NCBI GenBank assembly: GCA_046563655.1
Contig: CM102283.1
Coordinates: 6,758,001-6,822,000 of the forward strand
Source of the DNA: Yuukianura sp. NJ FZ-2021
Lineage: Eukaryota
Length of the DNA stretch: 64,000 nt
Reading direction: 5' to 3'
The notes under the pieces: generated by a model
Told to the model about the DNA's origin: nothing
The model's input: only the letters and a program-made list of their open reading frames with translations
The model's database searches: none
In this document: positions 40,201-54,325 of the stretch, piece after piece
Numbering within the stretch: position 1 is the first letter of the stretch
Layout: every line of letters begins with the position of its first letter
Made by a program: the position numbers and the translations under genes

Positions 40201-43200
40201 ACCAATTTCGCACCAAATTGCTTCTACTAACAATTTTTTTGTTCAAAAAATTCTTTTCCTCCTCCAATTATGGAATCTTACCACAGAAGAAGTATTGAGG
40301 TCGTGGCTTGATCAAATTTGAATGATTCGAACTTGAGTAAATTTGGCAGAACACAGGAAGGAGTTTAACAGTAGCAATGAAAATGAAAAATCGGTGTAAT
40401 TTTGACCATTTGCGAAAAAATGTTTTCAAAAATCAACATACGTTTATCACACTTTTCCGTAACTTTTATGTAAGTTTTTTCTTGGCAAAAGTTTCCAACT
40501 TCCTTAAATTGTGCACAAACGTCTTGAATCTGATTTGTGAATGGAATCTCCGAATTCGGTTTTTATCTGTTTCTGCCAACACTTCCGTATCTTCACAAAA
40601 GAATGTGAGAGCAGTACATGCTACAAAACAGGACGCATGACGCTCATAAACTTTTTCTAAAAACACAAATAAATTGGCAACTAAGACACTAATAAACTTT
40701 TGAAAACACAAATAAAATTGAACTTCAAAACTTTCAAAAAAAAATGAAGCAGAAGGTCTGTGACTTTTTCGATGGTATCGGCAGCGTTTCTAGGAAACGG
40801 AGGTTCAAAACAAAAGTTTTTGAAAAAAAAGGTCTAGTTGTGCAATGGAACACTACGCAACGTCACTCAAATGAAAAATTCATGAAAGTCAATATCCGCT
40901 TTTTAGATTTTCGGCTTGTGACGTAGAAACTTAACGGCTTATGGCCGATTCTCGGTTTTGGCTTAGCGGCTAACTGTGGATTTTCGGCTTAACGGCTTGT
41001 TAGCAAACTTTTGTCTTTAATGAAGCGCCTTGTGTAACTTTAGGTTCACTTTTCGGTCCATACTTGATGAAGTCTGAAAGTCAACTGAAGCCCAAGGAAG
41101 TGTTATTGGATTTACATAGAACTTTAGTGTGATGACACGAAACTAAAAGGACTCGCACCCACTTCACTTTCATCTTTCAAACTAACAGGCGAAGACAGCA
41201 AAAAAACTGCTAAAAAAGTTTACGAAAAATAGCTTCCGCCGCTTATGTATTCTGCACTTTTGTTTTAGCAAAAAATCGGTAAAAAGCGAACGTCTTAACG
41301 AATGTGTTTCTTTATGCTCTCTGACTTAGGAATTTCAGCACGAAAAATTTCAGTATACCTTATCAAAATTGCCGAATTTTATGAGAAATTGGAAAATTTC
41401 ATAAAAATTGGCAAAGAATTGAAAACGATCAAAGAAATTCGTCACCTCTGAGAATGAAAATGTCCTTCCGTCTTAATTTAAGGTCTGTGGTGAGGACGTG
41501 AATAATTGTTGCATGAAGTTAGGTTAAAGTTAACTTAATTTGAACTTTCGCGGTCAATTAAGTTTTGGTTCTGGTTGAAAGTAACAAGAATGAAAAGTGA
41601 AAGGGGTGACGTTATTGACGTAGCGAGACCAAAGGGAGCCCTTCAAGTACCCTGCTGCGTGTTGATCTCTTGAGACGAAGGGGCATTTGTGTCCTCAAAT
41701 GATTCAAGTGGAGATTGAAGTATTGTGTCCTTCTGTAAAACTTGTCATTGTTGACTCTCGCAAAGGAAGTTCCATTTTTAGTCTATCATTAACGCACAAT
41801 CCAAACACAAAAAGTGACATGAAAAAAGTAAAAGTAAATGCAACGTTGTCGTCAAATATATTAAAAAGCTCAGACATACCTAAGCTTGAAACTTCAAAAA
41901 TTTACTTTCTAGTTGATCTTGAGACAAATTGAACTTCAAAATTAAAAAAATTTAAGAAAAGTTTGACAATAAAAGTTTCCGAGAATTTTTTTTCGCACAC
42001 ATTTGAGCAAAGCATCTGGTGGCATAGATTTGTTACAGATGTAAGAAATGTAATAATTTTTTAAGCAGCACTAAAGCTTTAGACAAACCAAAATTCAGCG
42101 AAAAGAAAAAGATCCAGTTTTGTTTTGGCCAATTCAAAAAAAAACTTTTTCGAAATCTGGCTTTTTAAATAGGTTAGGTTATGATTTGTTTGCTTCTTTT
42201 GGAGTTGTGGACACTTTGGAATGCATATAATTCGACCTTGTAATTTAAAAGCCTTTTATTTTTCAATTGCAAATAATTCATCGTCACTTTTTAATCTCTG
42301 AGTCGTTAGTAAGTTAAACATCAACTTGAGCATATCCTTTGTAATTAAGCAGCAACTTAATAGAAGTCACTTGACCTCAGAAGTGAGTGTGACCTCGACT
42401 AAAGATCCTTGAAGTGTCACTTATTGATCATCTTGACTTTCCTAGTTAATCAGTCATTTTAAAAGTCAATTCACTCACTTTAAAATAAAATATGACAAGT
42501 TACGCATGTAATGTCTTTGGATTAATTTTAGACATCTTTAAACAAACTTCTTTTGATTGTTGAATTTTAATACGTCCAAAGTTGAATGAATCTTTGAAAA
42601 TGTATACAAAAACATGTAGCATACTACACCTCCCCATCAGCCTTAATTCAAATTTTTCATTTTGAAAAAAGAAACAGAAGGATCTGAAGGAGGGCTAACA
42701 AACAGGGCGGTGGACCAGAAAGTCTCTCCAAAAAAGGAGTCACATCTGACACTAAAATTTTAAAAAGCTTCGAAATTTTGTCTCTGTGCAAAATTTTTAG
42801 CAATAGGAAAAGATTCCATTTTTGAAAAGTGTTCCAGAGATACCAAAAACACAAAAATTGTCACTTTAAAAATTGTGATTTTTTTTTTTGAAAAGGCGCT
42901 TTATTATCATAGAGGGTGATCCACTTACACACCTCTTTGTGTTTGGCACATAACACAAACACGCCTTCCACTTTAAACATCAAATTCCGGCGCTTTCTTT
43001 GCATTGTTTTTCGAGATGATCGGATTAAATTGTTGCAGAATTCAATTCGAAGGGAAGCGTGATGAGGAGATTTAAAATTGAGGAAACTAGCAATTACAAA
43101 CTGATATTGGATTCTGTATTGGAGCAGAGTAGAGGTGAGAATGGAGGATACGCCTACGAATAACTATAAGATCCAATTTCAACCTGTTAATTACTTTAGA

Positions 43201-43623
43201 CATCAACGTCAGACAGGTTAGGCTAACTCAAGTTAGGTTAGCCTAACTTTTTAATGCGGCAGATGAAGAGATTATACACGTGCTAATCACTGAACAAACA
43301 AAAACTTCATCCAGGAAGAGCGTCATAGATGTGCCCCGGTTGTGCATTAATCGTATTAGCTAAACTAACTTTTTAGTTTCAGAAAATTTCTTGTCTGACG
43401 TGAGTATTTCTGGAGGTGGCAATTTTCACACCTTGAATTTTAGGCTTTGTGAATGAAGCGAAAGAAAGATTTTCCCCAAAGATGAACATAACTTTTTTGG
43501 TTCACACGTCACAAAACTAAAGTGTGATTTTTTTTACTGCCTGTCTGCGCAATAGCATAAAAATAAATACTTGCAAAAATGCCGAAGGTTACATGACGAT
43601 GTTTTTGAATTTGGCGAATTACT

Positions 43624-43637
43624 GTTGCTAAGGAAAC
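43624..43637. promoter_or_regulatory. RFX X-box-like motif upstream of RSPH4/6
   Basis: gttgctaaggaaac, about 265 bp upstream of the ATG at 43900. Confidence 0.55.
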
Positions 43638-43899
43638 TGATAGCTTCACCACAAAGTCAAAGTTTGAAACAAAAATTTAAAATTTCGATTCCCCTTTGCT
43701 TCCTCGATTTTTCTTTTTTGTACTTTGCCGTGACCGCACAAGAATCAGATTGTCACTTTTGGAAATCCGTGCAATTTTTTGAACTTGATCGTTGGATTTT
43801 CAATTTCTGGACTTGAAACAACGTAAGAAGCTTTGTCGAGGTGCAATTTTAAGGTTGAAATTAATTGATTTGCTTAAATTGGTTTGATTTTTAGCCGTG

Positions 43900-46662
43900 A
43901 TGGGAGACGCTTGTCGCTGCGAGCCGTGTGACTGCGATCCGCCAACAGAGGCTGTCGGGGATGCCTGCGTCTGCGAGAATCCGCCTTGCGAATGTGGCCG
44001 ACCAAACGACGAGTGTGTTTGCAAACCATGTGACTGCGATGTTCCCGCGGATACTTGCGTTTGTGATCCGTGCGTCTGTGAGACTCCGCCTGGAAGTCCC
44101 AAGAACCCACCAGCAACGCCACAGGGAGACTACTGCGAACCAATCGGACGCGGATTTACTTTGAATGAATTCATTCGTGCTAAGGAATATTTCTTGACCA
44201 CCAGCACCAACTCTGGACTCAACATGTAAGAAAAACATTTTTAAAAAATTCAAAAATTTCCAAAATTCGGAATTCTTACTTCTCAGGTATGATCACTTGT
44301 CTGAAGTTCTGCGAAAGTTGTTGGATGCCCGAGCTCCACCGAATTCGGTAGACTTTCTGGAGGAAACCAGTTTGAACATCAAGCGTTACCGATTTGGGCT
44401 TCCAAACGACCTTGTTCGTGACAGCTACTACTTGTCGTCTCCACTTGCCGAAGATGCCATGACCGTCCTAAATACTTGGCGGGTAACATCAGAAATCTCT
44501 TGAGAACGCAATTTGACCTTTGACTTTGACCTTTGACCTTGATTTTTTATAGCAACATGCCAAGTGGTCCAAGTTCACAGCAGATCAAGGTGAAGAGGGC
44601 AGCGGGTATGGTGGATTTCCAAATCTGTTGCGACTGCTGTACTACTTGGAGCACATCAACGTCGGAATTCCGAGGGAAGAAATGTTTCGAATTGCTTTGG
44701 TTCATCGTGGACTCAACTTGACACATCCTATCAAACGCTCGAGGTAAATTTCAAAAATCTTTTTTAAAAAATTCTTTTAAAAATTCTAACATTGTTTTTT
44801 GAATAATTCACAAGATTCTGGGGAAAAATCTATGCATCTGAGAAAAACTACTACGTGATTGAAGCCGAGCTGAGTGGACCAAACGAAGATGATTTGTGGA
44901 AACTTGAAGAAGAAGAAAACGCCGTACCTGGAGACACAAGTGCGAATTTGCCCAACTACAATTTCATCAGTGGTCAAGAAACTTATGAACGTGCACGCTC
45001 CGCCGTTACAGATCCAAATGTGTTGATTCCCTACCAGGAAACGTAAATTTACCAATTTTTTAACCTAACTTTTCATTTTTAAAAAACTTTTGAATATTTT
45101 TTTGAAAAGGTCCGGCCTCCCGCCAGGACCAATCAATTGCGTCATGCCAGCATCAACAGCAGTGATTCCCGGTGAATTCGGTGGCGAAGGGTACGGAGAT
45201 GGCCCGCCGCTCGACCCTGCTGCTGCAGCGGAAGCTGCTTTGTGGGCTTCATATCAAATGGAAATGATGGGTGGGTTTCCCGTGCCACCGAAGATTGCTC
45301 CAGAAGTCGTCATTCCTTCGGAAGCAGACGGTCAAGGGGTCAACCGCAGAGCTTATTATGTCACAAACGAATTGAACGAAAAGTGGGTCCTTCTGCCTTC
45401 CGTTACTCCAAAACATGTCCAAGTATCGCGAAAAATTCGACGATTTCTTACTGGAAAACTCGACGCAAAGGTTAGGTCAAAAGAAATCCTTAACTGGCAC
45501 ACTTTTGAGAGGTCAAAGGTCAAAGGTCAAATTTTGGATTTTTCATATAGTTGACCACTTACCCAGAATTTGACGGGCGGGAAGCTCACTACTTGAAGGC
45601 TCTTCTGGCTCGAATCACTGCTGGATCTCAAGTGTCTCCGAAAGGCTACTTTCGTCGAACTCAGCAAATTGGCGACGAGGAGGAAGGCGAAGATGAGGAG
45701 GAGGAGGGGGAGGATGCAGACGATTATGGCGGCGGTAAACATTTGCAAATTCAAAAAAATCAACTTTTTGATTCAAAATGTTTTGATTTTTGAAATTGTA
45801 GCTGCAGACATTCTTTACGGAACGAAAAAGTTCCATCCGCCTCCAATGTCTGAACTTATGACACAGCCTCCAGCATTTTGGGTTCACCATGTGAGTAACA
45901 TTTTGAAGCAAGGTCGTGTGACATGGTGGAATCCGAAGTTGGCCCTCATGGACAAACAAGCAGACGAAGATGAGGAACTGGGCGAAGAAGAAGAAGATGA
46001 AGAGGACGCTCCTGGACGTGAATTTGGTCCGACGCTGTTCAGCTCCATTGGAAACGACGAAACGCTGGAAGGATTTTTCCCGTGGAGCCCTCGAGCTTCT
46101 TCGACGGTTTTCACGGAGTTCCAAATCGCTTATGTCCGCTCCAATCTTTGGCCAGGAGCGTCTTCTTTTTGCACTTACAAGTAGAAAAAAATTGCTTAAC
46201 CAAAAAAATTAAGTACCTAAGCTAGATTTTAACTTGCTGAATTTCTTAGGGGAAAGGTGGAAAATGTTTACTTTGGCGATGGAATGAAGTTTCGTGGGAC
46301 GTGTTTTGCCCCACCAGTTCCGGTGGGATCTGAGTCGGAGTACAAAGAAGGACCGGAGTTGACAGAGGTCGTTGACCCCACATTTGAACAGGAGCAAGAG
46401 TGGCTCACAAAGATGGAGGTAAATTTAAATTGACACAATTACATGGAAGTACAAGCTATCATATTATGATAGTTTCATAAGCCTTGCTAGATGAGACAAA
46501 TTTTGCATTACTTAATTTTCAGAATTTTTGTTCAAAATTTTTAAAACTTCGAAATTGTTTTAGTTGGATGGACTGAACGATGTTGAAGAGAAATTCGTGG
46601 ACAACGAAGTGACTGACGATGAAGACGAAGGCGGTACAACTGAGGAAGACGAAGATGATTAA
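43900..46662 (+). CDS. RSPH4A/6A: Radial spoke head protein 4/6-like with a Cys-rich N-terminal extension (multi-exon)
   Basis: [113 protein letters not shown]...[22 protein letters not shown], acidic tail. Confidence 0.9.
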
Positions 46663-46994
46663 ACTAATCAAATAAAATCATCATGCACACTTAAAAACAA
46701 CTAATTAAAAACAAATACAATTACTTTTTGATTTAACCCGCTTCTGCATCAAAGTTTATTCGTTTACTCGAACTTAAAATCCGTATGAATAAGCGTACGG
46801 AGAGAGTTGGCGTCTTTCTGAAAAAAGGCGCCAAAAAACTGTTGGGGAAAGATTTGCACAAAGCACAAGTATATTTCCAGTTTCCAATTTCCATTTTCCA
46901 GTTAATCTAACATCTAATAATAATGTATGTTGGTTGTGAATTGCAGCGTTACTAATTAAGTTGACTAATTAACAGTTGACATTATTTAAGCGAC

Positions 46995-47806
46995 ATGAGT
47001 AAAATTACATTTGTAACAGGGAATCCCGGGAAGTTGAGGGAAGTAATCGAAATCTTGGGTAAACATTTCCCGCGAGAGGTAATAAATGATTCGATTCAAT
47101 TGATTCCCAATTGTCAATGTCACCACTGACTGTGTCAATTAATCCCGTTCAAATTGTTTTTTTAAGCTTGTTTCGAAGGACGTGGATGTACCGGAGTTTC
47201 AAGGCGACGCAGACACTATTAGTCGGTACGGTAACGCTGGACAGCCAGCATCGATCATAATGCTGATCACTGGAATGATGAATGGGAAAGGAACTGAATG
47301 TGTTTGTTGCTTTGATAGATTGAAATGCAAGTCAGCTTTCGACATCGTTCAGGGTCCAGTAGTTGTAGAAGATAGTTGCTTATGTTTCACAGCACTGAAT
47401 GACCTTCCAGGGCCTTACATCAAATGGTTTCTCAAGGGAGTTGGTCCAGAAGGACTTCACAAGATGCTGAAAGGATTTGAAGACAAGTCAGGCACTGCGC
47501 AGGCCACTTTTGCTTATATGGATGGCACGAGTCCTGAGGTCAAATTATTCAAGGTGATTAGAGATAAACACCTAGGTTTAGTTAAATTGATTAATTGCAT
47601 AATGTAATTGCCATAAACTTTAGGGTATTACGAAAGGCACCATTGTGGAACCAAGAGGACAATCTGGATTTGGATGGGATTCATGTTTCCAGCCAGAAGG
47701 ATACACCGTGACATATGCAGAAATGACTCCAGAAGAAAAGAATAACATTTCACATAGGAAAAAAGCTGTAGAGGCAATGAGGAATTATTTTATTTCTATT
47801 TCCTAA
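46995..47806 (+). CDS. ITPA: Inosine triphosphate pyrophosphatase; exons ~46995-47078, 47167-47224, 47319-47553, 47623-47806
   Basis: [54 protein letters not shown]...KN.ISHR. Confidence 0.95.
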
Positions 47807-47963
47807 GTAATCAACAAAAATGTCCGTAAAATCTTCTATCTCTGACTAAAAAAATGTAGTTCATGTCCGAATTTGTTGTTGATTTACCTAAACTTACTTA
47901 TCATAGTTGGTCTTGGGCAAGGCAGACTTATCGAAACAGACTATAAACTAATCTTCAACTTCA

Positions 47964-49558
47964 TCATGGTTCCTCAAATGGCAAGAATTCGGAGGCTCTT
48001 TTGCCGGAGTAAATGCAGTCGTTGACACTAATCCCTTCAAAGGAAGCACCGGATAGCATAAGAGGGAGCTTCGAAGCTTTGATCAGTCGCTTGGCAGCAT
48101 CAACTTTTTCTGAATGGCCCACGGTGTACTGAGGTATACATTGGCGAGAGTGTTTGATATGAATAACATCGGGTTCTCGAGTAATTCCGAGTGTTGTTTT
48201 CAAGTATTCTTTCATGAGTCGTTCTGTTGATCCCTTGGAAGGAGACGTCCCTGACGCACTATTGTGTCTGCGAATTATCGTTAGCACAGTACTCTCACCT
48301 TGGTCAAAAACGCAACTGTCGAATACGACTCCAAGAAGACCGTCAACCTCTGGAGTATTCTCTACTTCATTAGATGGTACTAAAAAGCCGAATCCGTCTT
48401 CCTTCAAAACGTTTGGATCATTGTAGACAACATTTGCAATCACCACATCTACTCCCTCTATAGTGTCAATTAGCTGCGTAAGTGGCGAATGTGACGGTTT
48501 GGAGTTCCGTAGAATACTGGCCAAATTCCAGGATGGTATTGCGGAAACTATGAAATCGCAGTCTTGGGATTTACTTGGTTGGGTAGCATGCTGTTCAGTA
48601 TAGTGTAGAGTTGCCGGTGGTGCAGAACAGTCTGACCCATCTCCAAATTGAATCGAGTTTACTTCAGCATTGCGCAATATGTCAATCTTCATTTCGTTTT
48701 CAACTACATCTTGCAGTCGTTCCACCAACGTTTCAGTTCCGTTTTCAAGTCCCCACAGTGACCAACCTTCTTGAAGACAAGTGAGACTGATTGTTGATAA
48801 TCCAATGGCCTTGTATCCGGGAATCTGCACAAATTCGTCGACGGTGGTAGGTACATTCCGAAACCGAGCAATCAAGTGTCCCAGAATTACTGATCCATAT
48901 TTTTGCTCATACTCGAACTGTCTGGCGAGGGTTAGCTTCACTGAAATTTTCTGAGCATCACCAGCACAGACTCCGCGAATCAAAGGATCGATGGCGTACA
49001 TAGCAACGTGCTTACCAAAACGACGTTGTACAAAGTTAAAAACGGTGTCGTCGTTCCCTTTCTGTTAAAAAATAAGAGCAGGACAATTAAAACTCTCGCT
49101 ATCTTTCTATTTGAAATGACAAACTTACGTACATATCTTGGTGTAAAGAGATCCTTGATCACAGCAGAGATAAGTGGTTTTTCAAACGGTGGAACTTGCT
49201 TGTACACCATTGACAGTTCCGTGGGAAGACGAACGAGCTGACCTTTGCTAAAAATAAATCGATTCCTTGACGCTGGATTTGACTTTGTGACGTAAAGAAC
49301 TTTTTTGTCTAATCCAATTTCCTCCACAAGGTCCAATGTGTTGAATCCGCTGAGTCCAGCTGGTCGAAATGATCTAGGACCAGTGTCATAGTAAACTCCA
49401 TCGTTCTGCCTCACTGTTTCAATCCATCCGCCGCATCGATGTGACTTTTCAAAAATGATTGGCCTAACGGTATCGCCAAACTTCTTGCGTATGTAATATG
49501 CTGTGGAGAGACCGGTTATGCCTCCACCTAGGATTGCAGCGACCTTTGGTTTTGCCAT
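47964..49558 (-). CDS. PPOX: Protoporphyrinogen oxidase (2 coding exons)
   Basis: GGGITGLSTAY FAD-binding motif, GGWI, GPRS.R, NRFI, IDPLIRGVCAGD, GFGFLVPS, LGVVFDS, CIPQYTVGH, GISVNDCIYSG. Confidence 0.93.
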
Positions 49559-50065
49559 CTGGACGGTTTGCTTTAACTGCGACAAGTTAAAAGTTAACTG
49601 AAAAATTAAAAACAGATATGAGTGTCCTTTCATGTAAGCGAATTAGCGAATTTCTCCAGTTCCAAAGATTTATATTACCTTTTTTTGTTGAGCAGTCCTG
49701 ACTTTACTATAAGGTCGAGTGATTAGCCAGTGATGATTAATCCTACATCATCTTAATCCAAATCGTAAAAACAATCGCTAAAAATTCGATTCGAATTGAA
49801 TTCAATTCACGAATCACGACAAAAAAAAAAGTAAGCGAGGTTTCGCGCCCTATTTTTTAAATACGAAAAAATTCATTAAGAAAATGGAGAGAAAAACAGA
49901 CGCTAGAAAAACCATTTCTTATACAAACGAAATTGCATTTCAAAATTAAAGTTAAGTTAATCATTTAAGTGTTATACAAATATAATTAAAATTAATCAGA
50001 AGACAGTAAATTATAATAACTTAAGTTAATTCCCGCCTCAATCAAAACGAATTGCCATAGGCTTC

Positions 50066-50118
50066 TTGAACCAATTGGTTTTGAACCTTTTCATTTGAAC
50101 CAATTGTATTTGAACCAA
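50066..50118. repeat. ~15-bp period TTGAACC array (4 units)
   Basis: ttgaacc at 50066, 50081, 50095 and 50110. Confidence 0.55.
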
Positions 50119-51023
50119 CATGCCTGCTTCCTCACGTTTTTGGTATTTCAACTATTTCACACTTTCGCACAGGAAATAACCTAAAGCGTTTTGATTCTCT
50201 TCCGCTTTGTGTCATTTCACATTATGTGATCACCGCTAACTTAAAATTCCAATTTTTAATTTTTGGAAACAAACTGCTTTTTTACAAATTGACATCAAAG
50301 TCACACTCAAAATCATAAAACTTGAACTCCAAGGTTAAATTTTTCTCATTCAGCAGACGAAAATAGTATAATTTAGATTAAAAAAAAAAGATCATAAAAT
50401 GCTAACTTCGTAGAATATATCAATCCTAGACCGACCTTTGTTTTGTTCATTCTAAATTGTGCGAATTAAAACAAACATTTTAATTAAACTTGGCCCTGTT
50501 CTGTATTGTTTGTTTTACTAAATGCCTCTCAATTGTTTTCCTTCCCAGAATCTTTTAGTCGCAGAGTCAAGTGTCAAAGATTAGAAATCGCAGCGTACAT
50601 AACTTTTAAGTTGAGACATAATTTCTGCACCATCATCAATTTGTCTCAGATTCCGTTAAGTACTAACAATAATTCGGAGACACAGGAGCTGAATCAGCAC
50701 TGAAATATTTGTTTAATGCTATCACCATCAAATCCACCCCCTTAACTCTGTCCCATTGATTTCCTTGTGTCCTTACAACCAAAGTCAAAATCAAATTGAA
50801 CTTTACTAACTTACATTTCCAGTGTCTAATCTTATCACGGTCTAAACCAACACAAAACACCTACTTTTCGCACAGTTCAACAATAAAGTGCAATCTTTTT
50901 CGCGAAACAGCACAGGATTCACGAATAGTCTGGATTTAGTAGTTGAAGGACGCTGCTGTTCCTTTTTGCATTTTACACAATAAAGCTTCTACCGATCGAT
51001 GTCAAAAATTTAGCACTTTTGAC

Positions 51024-53619
51024 ATGTCGTTTAGGATAAGACTTAAATTTGTGCTAATTTGGACACTTATGTACCTTGTTTTAAACATTTCACATGCAGC
51101 GGAAGCATGGGATCCTGATGGACTCATCTACAGATCTGCCGGATTTGACACAGGTTTGCAAATTCACTTTAAAAAAAAACTTCAGCATTTTGACGTTTTC
51201 TACTAAAAGTGTAAAAATCTTGTAAAAACTCAAAAATTAACTTGTGATTTACTGCTGGAGTAGGAAATTGCACTACGCTTGAAAGCTGGAGCGGGGCGTG
51301 GTCTCGGGGTGACATGAGCGATGAAGCTGCGCATGTGCTGATCAACAAAACAGGAATGTCATTTGAACACAACTTGGTTTACACATGCGTCAAGTCCCTG
51401 GAAGACAATTACGTTATTCGGGAAGAGTAAGTGTGAACATAATTTGAAAAAAAGTCTAAATTTTTTTTTGCATGGTTTTTGGTTTTTTTTAATCTTGCTT
51501 TTGAAATCTAGAGATGGAATCAGCCCGCCTTGCTATCGCTGCTTGATCATCTTGAGAAGGCATTACAACGTCCTCCAGTACCGAGAAAGTAAAAATTTCA
51601 AATCTACAAATTAATTCAAAATTAAGATTTAAAAAAAATGCTCAGACTTCGCAAACTTTTTTTTTTGAACAGGTGAGTGTGACGACCAAGCGACATTTGA
51701 CGACTGCATGACAATGTCTCCCAGTTCACCAATCCTATCCCTCTTTCGCGTTGATTTTAAGACTGAGCCATGTCCCTTCGCGTCAGTAAAATCAAATTCA
51801 ATGTTAACTCAAGAAGTAATTTGCAGTTCAATTACTAATTGAAATACTTCACCTTTGCTTCCAACGTTTCAGTGAGCGACGCATGACATTTGATTATTCG
51901 GTGGACGGCAGAACATGTCCATACGAAGCTCCCGCGGGGTCAAACGTCGAAGCTTGTTCAGCCGCTGGAACAGTTTTGATGAACTACGAAGCTTGTGTGG
52001 ATGTCCAAGGCTCTGAAAAAATGAGTAAAACAGTATAAGACATTTCAAGTTGAAAAATTTCAAAATTTCAGAAATTCAGCTAGAATTTTGTTTTGAAAAG
52101 GGGAGGAGCTTACCTGTGTCGGTAGTTGGCAAGAAAATTCCCATAACTATTTCATCGGAAAAGTAATTCGGAGAAATGTCGGAGGCCACAAAGAAGAGGG
52201 TTTCAAGTGCTTCAATTTCCAGGAAATTCGGAGGCATAAAAGTTCCCAAGACGTCATTGGATATCAAGTGGCTCGGTCAGGCGATACTGGCTCATGCGCA
52301 CATGCTGTTTCACCTACCGATGGATCTTGGACTTACAAACTACTAGGTACAACTTATACCAACCTTGATTGAATTTGAATTCAGAATGACCTTTGACCTC
52401 TATTCCATATTTTTCTGTTCCCAGTGCAAGAGGAGAAGTTTGTGTCGTTCCCATCCTGGTTAGGTCCAGATCCAGATGAGCATGGAGAGAGTCGCTGGAA
52501 TGCGTTGAATCTAACGTTTCAATTTGTGGTGAATGCTGTTGGCGGGAAAATCCAAGTAGTTCCTACTCCAATCGATGCTGCTAGTCAAGCCATGAATACT
52601 GCCAGTATCCGGTCATATCAATTTACAGCCTCAAGAATTGACAACTTCACGTCAACTTATGCTGCTATTGACGTCATCGAAATTGTTGGATGGTAAGCTC
52701 AAAAGCATGAAAATGCTGTTCACAATTAGAAATTGGTAAAAAGTTTTGATGTTTCACAATTTGTAGTAAACGGTTGCCAATCTGCATGGACTTGTACCGA
52801 AGAGATGAAAATGTGATAGAAATCGAACTGTATCATCGTACACCAGAAAGCGATAGGACAACGTCCTGTCATCATCTTGTCAAAGTCAATCCCCATATCA
52901 CCTACACTCTTGTCAAAGACAGACCGAATCCAGTATCCTGTCCACTCACTGGTGTTTTTAAGCTCGATGTTCCTCCGGTCAGTTCACATGAACAGCACAT
53001 CGAAAAATGTGACAACAGTACCAGTACTACTGCCGCCATTCTGGAAAATACCGAGTTGGACCACTTTTTAGAAATTGGTTGCGGCGGGGAACATTTGAGT
53101 GATCTTGACTTTTACACTTCATGTAGCAATGGTAAACCGATTCTTCCTGGAGAAGCACTTCAACTGGTTTCTGGTAAAAAATCAAATTAATCAAGTTAAA
53201 TACTAAATTAGTCAATTAATTGAATTCAACTAGTAATTGAATCAAAGTGCTTACCGATACTTCCAGGTCTGGACTGTATTTCTTCCTGGAAGGAAGATCA
53301 GAAGACGTTCATCGTAGCGAACAATAGTCGTTTCGGTGTTCCAGGATACCGATGTCTCGAATTCTTGCCAAATCCAGAACATTCCACATACTCCGTGTTT
53401 GTCTCAATGGATGACTGCAAACCATCGTCGGACCAACGTCTAATCAACTGGACTTTCAGTGCTGCGCAGTATTCTGAATGTGGATACACAAATACCAAAG
53501 CAAATATGCAAATGTCAGCAGCACCACCACTAATACTGGACGGATTTTGGTTCATACTTGCTCTTCCCTTACTGGTCGGCGCAACATTACCTAAACTATT
53601 CTTGTCAGTTGTTACCTAA
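51024..53619 (+). CDS. Secreted, probably GPI-anchored Cys-rich protein of an uncharacterised arthropod family (DUF7042/7043/7044-like), ~9 exons
   Basis: Signal peptide, CYRCLIILRRHYNVLQYRE, SLFR...CPF, CMDLYRRDENVIEIEL, CPLTG.F, C..SW, YRC, and a C-terminal hydrophobic tail with no cytosolic segment. The family assignment is from memory. Confidence 0.7.
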
Positions 53620-54325
53620 ACTAGTATACAAAATCATTAATGTAGTGTAAAATACTTTAGAAATAAGCATTAAGTACATAAGCATAAGTACTGCGTCTTT
53701 TGTTTACTTGAAAATAATAAAAGTTTACTTATTTTTTGTAAGTCACTTGAAGAGAAGAAATTGTACTTGAGCAATTGGAGCAATGTCACTCAACTAACAC
53801 ATTAAATTGCTCCGAACTTTTGAATATTGAAATGAACAGACAGTGACAGTATATCTAGAAGAACCTGTAAAAAGTTGCAGTAAATGCCAATTTAAGTAGT
53901 GTAGGCTTTTAAAAATTAAGTTAAAGTTTAGCATAAAGAAATCCAAGATTATCAGGGTTACCGGATCGGCTTTCTTTTAGTGAGATCGGAGTCGATTGGT
54001 AAATTTAACCAAGTTTTTGCATTAGTATAAGCAGAGTGTAATAAGTTTCCGTTATAAAAAACGTCTGTTCGATTCAATATTCACGTAGTACATTATAAAT
54101 TGATACTTAACAAATTGTTTCAAAAATAGCAGAATTACATCTAAAAGACGCACATGCGTGCATTGTTATTCTTTAGTGATTGGCACATAAATCTAAAGAC
54201 AGGCAAATCTATTTCACTTTTCAGATCCAATTTTTAGTAAATTCGACTTTGTCGCATAAGGTGCCAAAGCCTCTCTGAATTATTACTTGATTTTTAGAAA
54301 TATTTGAACTTGTTCCAATACCTTC

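Noticed and set aside
37300-43600. Many short ORFs in the long AT-rich region
   Set aside because: K/F/N-rich translations typical of non-coding A/T tracts. Probably 5' UTR introns and regulatory DNA of ZC2HC1/RSPH.
43800-44253. Antisense ORFs with SQTHG/SHG repeats
   Set aside because: These are reverse-strand shadows of the CxC repeat exon of RSPH4/6.
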